Position numbers and translations under genes: made by a program. Source: Lytechinus pictus (lineage: Eukaryota). From it: a stretch of DNA of 64,000 nucleotides. The stretch is taken from the NCBI RefSeq assembly GCF_037042905.1, contig NC_087251.1, forward strand, positions 1,986,001 to 2,050,000. Direction: 5' to 3'. The first letter of the stretch is position 1. Every line of letters begins with the position of its first letter. Below, in pieces: positions 39,945-53,591 of this stretch. The notes under the pieces were generated by a model. The model was not told where the DNA came from, did no database searches, and saw only the letters and a list, made by a program, of their open reading frames with translations.

Positions 39945-42900
39945 TGTAGCATCAAAGCTTCGTTGTAAACGTCTTTACTTCCCATCACCTTTGGTATATG
40001 CAGCATATGGGCTGGAGTAGAAGAGTTGATCTTCATCATGCAGTGGACAGTTAATGATTGATAGCAGGCTTAAATGAAAAAAAAATTGCATAGTCTTCAA
40101 AAGCTTCCGTCAAAGAATTAGCCCTAAATGGTGTTTGTTATTTTGCATTGTGGGTTTCTTATATTTCTGCGAATTCTTGTTTTACGTGAACAATGGAAAT
40201 GAAAAAAAAAATGTTCTTTATCAAAACTTGTGCGAAGATATTTAATGGATCTCTTCAGTTTGGAGAAAGCAAAAGGGAAGTAAGTAAACAAACATCTGTC
40301 GTTTTTTAAACGTTGTTTTAAACGGAAGTTTATGATAAAGGTTTTATGTATTGTGGAAGTTTCAAGCACCTCAGTTGGAAACGAATGAAAAACGGACCAA
40401 ATGATACCGCATTTTCTTGTCAGCAATGTAAAATCTTTTATGAAATTTACTTAAATATTGTTTTGCTGAAAATTGAACCTTATGCGGTGTAAAAGTTTGG
40501 GGGAAATTCATGGAATGTAAAATCTTGTTATTTTTCAACTAAGTTTGGAAGAGTGGGTGCCTCGATATTCATTAAAAAAGATATCCCTACACTTTTCAGA
40601 TGTTTCATAACGTGTACTTGCTAAGTCTTCAAAATTTTATTCGTAAAGATCTTCTCTCGAGTTGGTTCATAGTAGACCAAAGAGACATAGGATAGACATG
40701 TCGTAGACATAGTAGAAGTGAAATAAAGTATATGATGGCGCTCTCTAGCTTCATGAATAGAGTTGAAGGTTTATTTACTACTCTGAGACTAATTAAATTG
40801 TGACGAGCGACCATATCCATGCATTATACAAAGCGGTCTTCATGAATGGCGAACATTTAAACAAACACTTAAAAACAGTCTGCTCATTATTCAATACAAA
40901 TAATTCTAACGTCATTTGTATCCACAAAGGCGAATGCCCATGCAATTATACTCTTCCACTCTTCTTATTCATGTTATTCAGATCATAAAGATAGATTGGT
41001 CTTGCCTGGCTCATGTATATGAGTTTTCATGCCTGCGGTTCTTGCCATGATCAACATGTCAGTGTATAATCTATACCATAAACACGATTCAATATTAACA
41101 CCAATATGACCAATGGGGGCATCAGAATCTCTCCTCCTTGCGATGCCCCTCTCCCACACCCTGAAATGGTTGAGACTATAGAAAATGCTTTGTGAGACGT
41201 AAGTAGGCCTTATAATCAACTTCCCAATCAATTAAACCGTAAAATGATCTTTACACTCGCATCATTATGGGTTTAGAGCTTCTCCGTGCCGTGGTGCACA
41301 GATTCTCATCAAAATAGCATGTTTTCACTTGGGATCTCCACTCCTTTGCAAACAAGCCTATGAAACGTGATTTTGTTGGGGGTGCTGTTTAAATCAATAT
41401 CACTACATTTCCAGATTATTATATACTATGTTCAGAATGCTTAACTTCCCTTTCGAAAGCAGTGATATTATTACATTACTTTTTCTATCAGATAGGTCAA
41501 TGTCACGAAACACCTTCACTGTCATCACTGAAAAAAGGACTCAATTTTATATCTTGTTGCTATTTTCTCGCTCTGTCGCAACCGGTCAGTAACCCCCTCG
41601 CACAGATGATGCAATAAATTTGAATCACTGGAGGTGGGGGCAAATGTCCACCCAGCTAGAATCTTGACTTCCATTTACCATTCTTCTTTGAAATTCTGGT
41701 GCCGTCACTGCCAGTAGTACATTCAAAACCAAATTTTAAATTACACCATTAATAACCATATGAATATATTCGGAGATACGCGCATGAAGATGCCGTACAT
41801 TATACGGTAATTACTAGTAGTTGGATCACATCAAAGTCGTGCTGTGGGCTATGTCCATACGCAGCCCCACTCCCTATTTAAAAAAGGAAAAGGGTTGATT
41901 CAAACTCTGCAATGAGAGTACGCCAAGTTCTTCAATTTTATGTTTAGAAATCAAAACTTTCTAACGAACAGACTTGATTGCTTTGCGATATCACTTGTAC
42001 AATGTATGCTCGAAGATCTGTATAAGAAATCCTGCGTGCATATTTTGGTGCCATTCGATGACCCTTCACATACTTCTTCTCAACCAACTATAACCGTTAA
42101 TATAAACAAGATATAATCGTCATAAATCTGTCCTGTTAAACTTTATTTTTCAATGATGACACCGTGCACTCAGTGGTTTTCCTATCACCCTGCCTATGGT
42201 CCCATAAATAATCGATTTGTACTAAGGCTTCAATTGCCTCTTGATGACTTAGATTACGTCCATTAATAATAGGTTTAACATTTATTACCTTCTTAATTGA
42301 TGATTTGGAGGTTAAATGATATGTTTGGGATCTTTGCATGCATGGTGTTTATTTTAGCGAATATTTCATATTTGCTATTAAAAAAGATGAATGTTATAGT
42401 GTAACAGTGTTGATCACAATGCATATTTAAAGTATCTATTGTTTTTTTTTAAGATTTTGTATAGGCAAACTCAAACTAAGGGAGAAAGAAAAAACACACA
42501 CACTAAATGAGCTCAAAAGCCCAAATAGTAAGAGAGAGAGACAACATTAAAATTTTAGATGCATATCATTCGTATATTTTATTTTGAAATTTTCTTTGAT
42601 AACGAAGTCATTGTGGGAACAATATAATCTATTTCAACAGTTTATTAATCTTATGATTAGTATGGTACATGTAGTTTTATGTTTTCATTGGAAATTCTTA
42701 GCGTTAAAAGAAATTACTAGCTGAGGATTCCAATCTAACAGCATATACGCCAGGAAGTACAACTCAGAATAGGTCAAACTTGTTTTAATTGTATGATAAT
42801 TAGATGTCTTGAAATGTATTTATTATTGCAAATGAACAAACATACTTTTGATGTAAACATCACATTTCATGCAAAGGTGTATCTATTGAATAGAATTTCC

Positions 42901-44586
42901 TAATCATTTTTTGTTATGATGTCTTCTCTTATTGCAGCGAACCATCAATGAGTGTTGCAACGAATAAGCTGCCAATTAGCCTCTTGACTGTTTTGAATAA
43001 AATTAAAGTTTTTTAATCGAATTGTGTTAGGTCTATACCCATAGTATTTCATCAGAACGTTTTTATGAAGAGGCATTGTATTTTTTTTTCTTCATTTTAG
43101 CGTTTAGCGTATGAACATGATGAAGAGAGTTAGACATGTGGACATTATGGTTTTACTTTATAATAAGCTATCATTAATATTGTAAGCAAAGATGCAAAAT
43201 TAGCTGTAAATAAAATGAGGTATCTTACATCAAACATGTGTGATTAAATGTGCTGCGTATATGAACATTAAATGCTGACTGTCCGATGATGTCTTCTAGT
43301 ACAACATATTTTCTAAATATCATCAAATTGTATTTAATGTTTTAACTTTAATTTGAATGTTCTGATATTTTGTGACATTATACATGTATTTGTAATTGAT
43401 CATGCATGCTTCCTAAATAAAGCATTCCCATGCAAATTACTTACAACTTTGACCTCATTATTTTGTTCTCTTAGATATTTTCCGGGGGAGAGGGCAAGAT
43501 GCATCAAAATTTCGAAGAAAATCGAAAGCGAGGCAGCGAAGCGACCAAGCTTGTCATGGGGCGATTTTGCATTTTCTAAAGTGAAATTTAAGGATTTTGT
43601 GCACACTTTTGGTGAATTCAGTGAGATATTGCAAGGAAAAGATTTAAGATTTCAAAATTTCTGTGGGGGGGGGGGGGCAGCTCCCCCTCCCCGCCGCTGC
43701 GCACGGTTATTTGCATTATGTATACTTCTCTATAACGTTCGACCACGTATACTTATGATTTTGCCATAACCTATAATTAGTGGTGACACCATCACACTCT
43801 GGAAACGATGTAATAAAATTTTATATATATCAGAGAGGCCCTAAATATAATTTATTTCGAACGAAAAGTGAAGAAAATGTCTTTCTTGAAAAAAAGGTAC
43901 GTGTCTTTTTGACAAGTATATCTTCTAAAATAGAAATTTTTAGTGCTCCTCTGATCAGGTAAATCTGATATATGAGCAAATTTTTTTTCAGAGTGCAGTT
44001 GTTGCAAGGGGGTGAATATTTCAACGTTCCAAGTGAGAAACCTTTAACAAGCCCCACCCGTCATGTCCCAAGAATCTTAAAGTTTGAACAAAATCTGGAG
44101 CACCCCGTTCACTCTTCATATTTTGTATGAAATGGAATGGAGGGCAACATTCAATAGGTAATAATAGTTTCCCCCCATTTTATTCCGTTTCATAAAAATG
44201 TTATAATAACGATATTGCTATAACGGTTAAAAGCTACTGGAAATCACTCAATCTGATTGGTTGAAGGCAAACTTGATATATGTACATTTGATAAAACAAG
44301 TCTTTAATTATGAAACGAGAACCTAATGTTCAGAGCTACCACATGAAATACGGAGTCGGGAACACATATACAAATAATAAATGTTTATGAGTGCAAAGGA
44401 CAGATACTTCATGAGGTGATAGATGAAATGATCCATACAACGAGGTGTAGCCGAGTTGAATGGATCATTTATTTCATTTTCACTGAATGAAAAGAACATG
44501 CATTATTTGGTTTATATGACGCCTAAAAATAGATTCTTTTTCATATTAAATTTATGAATTTCGATGCAAAATATGGTCATTCAGTG

Positions 44587-46018
44587 CAGGCGCATAGCCA
44601 GGGGGGCGGTCGCCCCCCAAAAAACGTCCCCAACCAAAAAGAAAAAAAAAGAAGGGAAAAAGAGAGGAGAAAAGGAAAAGCGAAGGGAGGAAAGGGAAGA
44701 AAGGTAGCTTTGTGGGTTTTTCTTTTTATTCTTTATTTTTTTTCTCAAAAAAGAAACTCCGTGACTCTTGCTCTAAATTTATATATGAATTTTGTTTCCG
44801 CGCTGTGCGCGGTTAAATTACAATATTGCAGTTTTCCTTTGTTTCCCTCACCCTTTCTCTAACCCTGTTTTTCCACCTCAGCTATATGTGTTTCTTGCCA
44901 GTTAAAGTTCAAATGTATACATTAGGGCATGGAATTAGAGTAAGGTTAGGCCGAAGTATATGAATTTATCTTTTTTTTTTATTGATCGCGCAACTTCTGG
45001 TCGGGTCGGCTCCGGGCGGGTAAAATCTTTATCTCAATTTCTGCCGTCACCTCCAAATAGGCAACTTCTCCCGCTTTTCAGCTCATTACTAAACAACCAT
45101 AATTTGGGGGCTAACAGGTTCCTAATTTAAAAAGAGGAAGGTATAAAATGCGTGTCGTATTAAATAAAAAAAAGTACAGTATTTTTTATCAAATTCTACT
45201 CAACTTCATGTCATTTCCCTGCACATTCATCTCCTGTCCTGTTTTGCGCCCTCAGTTTGAAATTTTGAATGACACTTAAGTTTCTTTATCATTTAAAGTG
45301 AAGCGCATCAGGATAAGTGAAAGAAATTATACATCATCCTGTTTTATATAATTTCAATAATCACAGAAGTTTCAACTTTTTGCGCACTATCCTTGTAATG
45401 AAGTTCAATCATCTTCGAAAATTAATTGAATTAGAGCTGATTAGAGATATCTGCATTATTTTGATGAAACGACCGCCTTTTGAAATTTCAGAGTTTCATT
45501 GCTCTGCGCGGGGAGGAATATCTTCCTCCCGGCATATATCCTCTGTTTTGCGAGTTAAGATATGCACTGTCGCTTAATTGTTTGTAATCAAATCTGATCT
45601 TTCCAAGGGAAGTATTCAATATAACTTAGAAAATAACCTTTTCTTGGGACAATTTTCTTTGCAAAACAAAAATTAAACGCTTTAGCTTCCGCGCTTCGCG
45701 CGGGGTTAATATTATGTTAATTTCCTCAATTTTTTGTTCGTTTTACAATCACTTTTGAAAACAAGGTTCAAAATCACAATATAGTCAAATGAATTGGAGC
45801 TGATATAGGTACTAGAGACAAGGGAGGCGGTTCCTTTTTATTTTAATTTATGAAACACCGAAAGCTTCGCGCTTCGCGCGGGAGGGGGAAACTCCCCATC
45901 CCTGCACCCACCCCCTAGGGAGCGCGCTTCGCCCGCTCTGTAAGTGTTGGCACCTGGTTGGCACGCTTCGCGTGCATTTACCGCCCCCTCCAAAAATGAA
46001 ATCCTGGCTACGCGGTTG
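44587..46018. mobile_element. Possible hAT-like non-autonomous element
   Basis: Imperfect TIR caggcgcatagccagg ... cctggctacgcggttg; flanks attcagtg / atacagtg are only approximately placed. Confidence 0.4.
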
Positions 46019-46059
46019 ATATACAGTGCGAGCTCGATCGGTCTTTGATTTTCGTGTAC

Positions 46060-46317
46060 ATACAACATGCACGCTGCAAACACGAGTGGGTTTACTCTGG
46101 TGCCTGCGGAAAAGCCCGGCAGCAAAGACGTTTTAACAAGTGCACACCAGGTTACCAATAATGCATATAGCATTTCAATTTATTTAAATGCAGGTTAAAA
46201 GAGCATTGTCGATTAAATGCCTTGCTCACGGGCATAGACGGTGCCGCGGCCAGGGATCGAACCCCGAACTTTCCATGTATAGCCAGGCGCCTTAGACCAC
46301 TCGGCCACAGCACCTCC
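46060..46317 (-). mobile_element. tRNA-derived SINE
   Basis: Minus-strand head ggaggtgctgTGGCCGAGTGGtctaaggcgc...ggGTTCGATCCctggccgcggcacc has Pol III A and B boxes, followed by a non-tRNA body (gcccgtgagcaaggcattt). Confidence 0.75.
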
Positions 46318-47467
46318 ACTGAGCTGAATGATCGATATCGAACAACCAATCAAATGAAAAGGATCTATCTAGGTGTCATATAATGTAGAGTAAAAAGCAC
46401 AACTTTTCTATTTGGTAATTATTCATGCTATAGTATGACTAACACACTCTGCAAAATACCTGTAAGAAAACTACCGTTTACTTTCAGGGTCAGTAAGTGA
46501 GACCCAAAACATTTACCGAGTATTATGCAATCACACCGCAGCTCAATACAACCTCTATAAATGGCGTGATTAACATGATAAAAGATCTCTTACTGAACCA
46601 GTGGATATTTTTCAATGAGCAAATAAAAAAGAGGGTACTCTAGCGAGACGTTGCCAACAGGTGATTGTATATAATGAACTCACATGTTATATATCGTTCA
46701 TATATCACATGAACTGCAACGAGTATGACTGCATTTTCTTTGGAACAAGAAGTTGAATGATTTGTCTTCATCAGTTTTTGTCGTAGTTCGAAAACTGACT
46801 CCATTTGTGTGGCTATTATTTGGTGTCTTGTCTTTCCCGTTTCATTTTTCAACATAGTAAGTTTTTACTTTCTTTTCTAATTGAACATTTTTATTGTGCA
46901 GGAATATGAGAGGTATTATCACGCTCATCCAGATAAACAACGTATGGACATATATATGCTGGTAACAGAATAAGTATTTTGTATTTTTCAGATACTGGCT
47001 ATAAATCTAAAATGTTTTGCTATTATTCTACTATGATAGGGGAAGGGATAGAAGAACCATACATTTTATTTTACAGTTGCTAGATCGGCCTACGTGAGCT
47101 AATATTTGCCAATACTGATGGAAGAGTCGCTCGACTGTTGGGACCCAAAAACATTCACAACTATATTTACTTGTATTTCCCAAGATGTTAGGGTAACTTT
47201 ATGCACTCGATATAGATTCAACTAGCAAAACAAGTACAAGAGCCCGTATGTATAAGGTTATGGTTATCGTGTACCTCTCTATGAGATGAATTTGGGGCTC
47301 AACATAAGTTTACCGCTATTATCATTATTGTTTTGTCATTGTTAATAATTGTTCATAATTTTTGTTAAAATGATGGCATATTATTTCATTCGTTGTTATC
47401 ATAAGTGATATTATTCTCATTATGATTTTTTTCATTATTTATTATGACGATGATTATTAGTATCATT

Positions 47468-47507
47468 AATACTACTACTACCATGACTACTACTACTACT
47501 TCTACTG

Positions 47508-47539
<32 letters not shown>

Positions 47540-47581
47540 GCTACTACTGCTACTATTATACTGCTGCTGCTGCTACTACTT

Positions 47582-47635
<54 letters not shown>

Positions 47636-47639
47636 CATG

Positions 47640-47699
<60 letters not shown>

Positions 47700-47744
47700 G
47701 CTACTATTATACTGCTGCTGCTGCTACTACTTTACTACTACTAC

Positions 47745-47821
<77 letters not shown>

Positions 47822-47823
47822 TA

Positions 47824-47877
<54 letters not shown>

Positions 47878-48080
47878 TGCTCAGGGGCCGCAGAACCGCG
47901 GGGGGGGGGGCTTCAGTTACACCTTCAATTATAGTGTACAAAAGCGCAAAAAATGTGTATATTTTTGCATGGTCACTCCCCCACTTTCAATACCATATCA
48001 TAATCCCTGTTCTACACCACTGTTACTGTTACTATTACTACTACTACTACGAAGGGCTACGAATACTAATTTATTACTAT
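47468..48080. repeat. Compound (TAC)n/(TGC)n microsatellite upstream of FABP-B
   Basis: Long runs of actactact and gctgctgct, interrupted by a short G-string fragment at ~47880-48010. Confidence 0.95.
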
Positions 48081-48210
48081 TACTAATACTACCATGACTT
48101 TATTACTACTGTTATTAATACGTCTGTTACCATCATCATCATCGTCGACACAAGTATTAACTCTTATCATCATTATTTTCATGATCATTTCCCAGAAAGT
48201 TCCAGCAGCG

Positions 48211-50262
48211 ATGGCCAAAGTGAATTTCTCCGGTAAATGGAAGCACTCGAAAGACGAAGGGTTTGATGAACTCCTGAAGGCTCTAGGAGTGAACATCATC
48301 AAGAGAAAGGCCATCACAGCACTGTCACCCCAGCAGGAGATTACACAGAAAGGAGATCAGTTCGTCATCACTAACAAATCAGTTAAGACAGAAACTTTAG
48401 AGTTCACCATGGGACAAGAGTTTAAATTTAAGAATCCCCTCTCTGGCAAAGAAGAGATGCTACTAGCTGAGTGGGACGGTGATAAAATCGTAGTCACGTG
48501 AGTAAAGTAGTAACTGGCTTCTATATAACTATGACGTTGTATATAGTTGTTGCCAATAGGGGACATGTCAATTTGTCATTGAAAAGCTTCTGCAATCCAT
48601 TTCACTAAACCTAGGACTTCAGTTTTTCTTTAAAAATATGATTTTTGTGCATAAAGTAGTGGCATAGATTCAATTCAATTCATTTATTTAATTCCAATAA
48701 AACATACACATATCATACAATTGCATGAAAACTTGAGCAGTGAAAAAATTAAAAACGTAATATTAAAATATGATATACAATATAAAAGAACACATCAGTA
48801 TATTGGAATAGGGCGGTCATAAAAAACCAAAAGGAATTGTCTGGATAACCACCCTTGATAACACAATATAGAATAGAATAAAATCCGTTTATAAATCATA
48901 TTTAAGTAAAGAAAATTTATGAATAGGTAATGGGCATATAATTGTATACAATGAAAACAAAACAGAACACAATAAAATACAGTACAAAGTCCGCACAAAC
49001 CCAAAACAAAACAGGCAGTGAAGTAAAGACAAAATTTAAGTAGTATTGATTAAATAAAATTTCAATTTTCTTTTAAAAGCATACATTGAGTTGAGAAACT
49101 TTATTGCGATGGGGAGATTATTCCACACAACTGGTGCATGATGTCTAAATGAAAATGATACATAATTTTTATTAACAGTCCATAAATGATATTTATTTGT
49201 ATATCTTGTGTTATATTCATGCACAGATGAATTTACAATAAGCATCGAAGATAATGATTTATCTAAAATTAAAAAAAAGAATTTATTCCGCATGTTTTAG
49301 TTTTTTGTTATGGAGAACAAGTTCCCTCTGCTACCAAGGGGGGGGGGGGGCAATAAAAAAACGATAAGACTGTACTGATTTATTTTACCAAACCATATGT
49401 CTTGGATTTTCCAGCTCGAAGAAATGTTTTATTGAATATTTATCGACTTCAATGCTAGTGACATAGTTTCATTAGATCTATTACTGATTTAATTATTTAC
49501 AAAAAGTTCCATCGAATTTTTACTAATGTGTTTATAAATTTTAATGGTGCCATACTCAATCCAAGCGATAATGTAATTTGTACGTTCGCCATCATCACTG
49601 TACTGTGACCAGGGGCGGATCCAGCATTTTCAAAAAAAGGGGGGGCACATTTTCCCAAGGAAAATTTAACAAGCCAAAAAAAAAATCCTCGCTTGTAACT
49701 TGTGTGTATGAGACTTAATATTTCCGTTAAAATATTTGCTGTACCTATCAAAAAGGCACACTTGTGTAAGAACGGCATATTTACATTAAAAATGTTGACT
49801 ATGGCTTTCAAAGGGGGGGGGGCACGGGCCGGATGTCCCCCCCCCCCCCCGGATCCGCTACTCACTGTGACCAATTAATGGTGATCAGATTACTAGATTT
49901 AAAAAAAAAAATAAACTCATGCCTTCCTCGTACAATAGCACAAACTGCTTACTATCTAGGGGCGGATCCAACAATGGTCAGTTGGGGGCCCGGTGATGTA
50001 CACGAATTTTCTGCCAAGAAATAAAAGGATATGGGTCTGGGGGGCAAGGCTGTAATCCTTTCCAGCGAGTGGGACCGATCTTCTTTCTTTTGTAGATGCA
50101 AAGGATGATTGTATGATCTAGGCGTATTTTTTCCCCCGTTTCAGGAACAAAACCGACCCTAATGGCGTTGTTGCGACCAGAGAGCTGAAGGATGATCATC
50201 ACATGACGATAACACAGCAGAGAGGCGAAGTCATTGCTGTTAGACATTTCAACAAAGTATGA
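48211..50262 (+). CDS. Fatty acid-binding protein (FABP/iLBP family) paralog B, 134 aa, 2 coding exons
   Basis: Exon 48211-48497 (MAKVNFSGKWKHSKDEGFDELLKALGV...EITQKGDQF...FTMGQEF...EWDGDKIVV, donor ac|gtgagt) joins in phase 2 to 50145-50262 (TNKTDPNGVVATRELKDDHHMTITQQRGEVIAVRHFNKV*). An acceptor-like tttcccag at 48195 suggests an unlocated upstream 5'UTR exon. Confidence 0.92.
48667..49260 (-). mobile_element. 5'-truncated LINE (CR1/L2-group-like) 3' end
   Basis: Minus-strand peptide HEYNTR...FSFRHHAPVVWNNLP...FKRKLKFYL* is typical of CR1/L2 ORF2 C-termini. It is followed by a 3'UTR ending aataaatgaattgaattgaat. The coding part is repeated at 50451-50670. Confidence 0.75.
49610..49863. mobile_element. 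hAT-like MITE with 8-bp TSD (second copy 51013-51268)
   Basis: ACTGTGAC|caggggcggatcc ... ggatccgctactc|ACTGTGAC. Confidence 0.8.
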
Positions 50263-51550
50263 TGGGAGACGGCGTTCTTATTTTAAGATACTTTAACTTC
50301 TACAATATACACTGTTCTACATAGATTCCTATACATAATTGAACTTGACTTAGGCGTTGGTAAATATTCAATAGAGCAAATTATATATTTCACAGTCATT
50401 CTAAACTTCGAATGTTATAAAACTTTAGTGAAGTTTATCATTGATAAAATTTAAGTAGTATTGATTAAATAAAATTTCAATTTTCTTTTAAAAGCATACA
50501 TTGAGTTGAGAAACTTTATTGCGATGGGGAGATTATTCCACACAACTGGTGCATGATGTCTAAATGAAAATGATACATAATTTTTATTAACAGTCCATAA
50601 ATGATATTTATTTGTATATCTTGTGTTATATTCATGCACAGATGAATTTACAATAAGCATCGAAGATAATGATTTATCTAAAATTTAAAAAAAAAATTTA
50701 TTCCGCATGTTTTAGTTTTTTGTTATGGAGAACAAGTTCCCTCTGCTACCAAGGGGGGGGGCAATAAAAAAACGATAAGACTGTACTGATTTATTTTACC
50801 AAACCATATGTCTTGGATTTTCCAGCTCGAAGAAATGTTTTATTGAATATTTATCGACTTCAATGCTAGTTTCATTAGATCTATTACTGATTTAATTATT
50901 TACAAAAAGTTCCATCGAATTTTTACTAATGTGTTTATAAATTGTAATGGTGCCATACTCAATCCAAGCGATAATGTAATTTGTACGTTCGCCATCATCA
51001 CTGTACTGTGACCAGGGGCGGATCCAGCATTTTCAAAAAAAGGGGGGGGGGCACATTTTCCCAAGGAAAATTTAACAAGCCAAAAAAAAAATCCTCGCTT
51101 GTAACTTGTGTGTATGAGACTTAATATTTCCGTAAAAATATTTGCTGTACCTATCAAAAAGGCACACTTGTGTAAGAACGGCATATTTACATTAAAAATG
51201 TTGACTATGGCTTTCAAAGGGGGGGGGGGGCACGGGCCGGATGTCCCCCCCCCCCGGATCCGCTACTCACTGTGACCAATTAATGGTGATCAGATTACTA
51301 GATTTAAAAAAAAAACATAAACTCATGCCTTCCTCGTACAATAGCACAAACTGCTTACTATCTAGGGGCGGATCCAACAATGGTCAGTTGGGGGCCCGGT
51401 GATGTACACGAATTTTCTGCCAAGAAATAAAAGGATATGGGTCTGGGGGGCAAGGCTGTAATCCTTTCCAGCGAGTGGGACCGATCTTCTTTCTTTTGTA
51501 GATGCAAAGGATGATTGTATGATCTAGGCGTATTTTTTCCCCCGTTTCAG

Positions 51551-51668
51551 GAACAAAACCGACCCTAATGGCGTTGTTGCGACCAGAGAGCTGAAGGATG
51601 ATCATCACATGACGATAACACAGCAGAGAGGCGAAGTCATTGCTGTTAGACATTTCAACAAAGTATGA
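51551..51668 (+). CDS. Duplicate terminal coding exon of FABP paralog B
   Basis: Identical 118-nt copy of exon 50145-50262 with an intact tttcag acceptor and TGA, inside the second unit of the tandem duplication. Confidence 0.8.
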
Positions 51669-52173
51669 TGGGAGACGGCGTTCTTATTTTAAAATACTTT
51701 AACTTCTACAATATACACTGTTCTACATAGATTCCTATACATAATTGAACTTGACTTAGGCGTTGGTAAATATTCAATAGAGCAAATTATATATTTCACA
51801 GTCATTCTAAACTTCGAATGTTATAAGACTTTAGTGAAGTTTATCATTGATTTATTGATACAAATTTTGAATGTGACCATTAATGAAACTATTGATTGAT
51901 TGATCGATTTAAGTTAATATTTGGTATCCTTTATGTTTAAATGTTTCCAATTGTAAATTATAATTTTTTGTAGGGAATCATCATTGACAAGCCCATGTGG
52001 CTTTTTATGATTCCCCCACTTATCATGTGCAATTATTTGTGAAACAAACATTGTATAGATCTTTTGATGTTTTTAACAAGAGAGTGAAATAAATGAAATG
52101 AAAATGAAATGACTGATTGATTGATTGGTTGGTTGGTTGGATGGTTGGTTTGTTGATTGATTTATTGATTGAT

Positions 52174-52209
<36 letters not shown>

Positions 52210-53591
52210 CAATAATAATAGCAGGGCCCGCTGGGAGAACAGTTTTCGGAACTGAAGTGGCTACCCTGGGTAAATATACCTTTATTATTATTATTATTAT
52301 TGATTATAGTGAATATTTTTTTTAATTTGTTGTCAGTTTATAATAGTTGTCTTTCTATTTGACAGTTTATCCTTTTCAACTATGTTAGCACAATGATTGT
52401 AAAGAGAGAGAGTGTGTGAGGGAGATAAAGAGAGCCTGAAAGCGATAGAGATAGAAAATCTGGTTAAATGAATTATTTGCATTAAAACAAATCAAATTTT
52501 CCAAGAGATGCCATTTATGACTTTTTTTTTTCTTCATACAAGTATCAACTTTTCTTTATGGGTGTATGTTTTAGTAATACTCCAGGATTATACAATTGAA
52601 GAAAAAGAAAACGGGGAAAGGGAGAGTTGGTCACAAACGAGAAGAGAGGCACAATGTCTTAAAAATGATTGAGGTTTTTTTTATTCAGAATTACGAAAAC
52701 CAAAACTAAAGAGAGAGTGGGAGAAAGAGAAATGGAGAGAGGAGGGGGAGGTGTTTAGAGTTCACGATTACCCACCCCCTCCCCCATTATTGACGTTCTA
52801 CGCCAGTCCCCAGTTTGTGATGGTGTGCTGATATGTGTGTGAAGAAATAACGTAGAGAGGGTGAATTGAGTTATGATATTCTACCATTTCATTTTCAAAT
52901 ATTTTAATAATGATAATAACAATGATGATAAGATTGATAATGACGATCATGATAAACGTGACGAAGATCATAAATGATAATAATACTTATAGTAATAATG
53001 ATAATAATGATAGTAATTGTAACAATATAAGAAATGTGAAAGTGATATGTGATCATCACTGTCTTGTCCTTTTCTCTAACCCAAAAGTGAGTGTTTTATT
53101 GATCAATTAAGTACTATAAAAACGTGATGTATTCATGAAAAATATGGTTGCAATAATACATCAATAACAGGTTACAAGTTTCATTTCCACTGTAATGTGT
53201 TCGTGTAATGCCACATGGCAAAAATCACAGCAGGTCACTTCGAAAGCGATCTATTGTGTTGTGTTTATATAGAGTTGAGATCAAAGTCTAATGTTTGATT
53301 TAGAATCTCTCTGTGCAAAGTCTGGGGGAGACAATAATACACTTGCCTGCATAGATCGAGCATGGATCTGTAATAGCTCCATGGATCGAGCTACCTCGTG
53401 CATTACATTCCCTTGTGCAACTGATTTAAAATAGCCTGTGCTGGAGGTACTCTTTACACAATAATTCTTCACAACTAAGGCAAACACGTTTTACTGCATT
53501 TTTGTTTTAATCCGCGAGTCTTGATCTAATCCGGAGTGAGATCTGTCAGTATCTTGAGATAGTGGGTTGAGTTTGTTATTGATGAATCGTT

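Larger units (their letters stand above)
49031..51851. repeat. ~1.4-kb direct tandem duplication (49031-50445 / 50446-51851)
   Basis: The units are nearly identical, differing by an 8-nt indel (gctagtgacatagtttc vs gctagtttc), a few substitutions and homopolymer lengths. Confidence 0.95.

Noticed and set aside
40600..42340. Non-repetitive stretch with short minus-strand ORFs, possible pseudogene or fourth FABP
   Set aside because: No FABP motif, recognisable domain or consistent splice chain was found by eye. A BLASTX would be needed.
46240..46317. Possible tRNA gene
   Set aside because: A and B boxes are present but no convincing acceptor or anticodon stems were seen, and it continues into a SINE-type body.
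47444..48097. 217-aa poly-T/Y/L/A ORF
   Set aside because: It is a translation of the trinucleotide microsatellite.
49978..50247. Duplicated 89-aa minus-strand ORF (also 51384-51653)
   Set aside because: It is the antisense shadow of the FABP-B terminal exon, and its recurrence just reflects the duplication.
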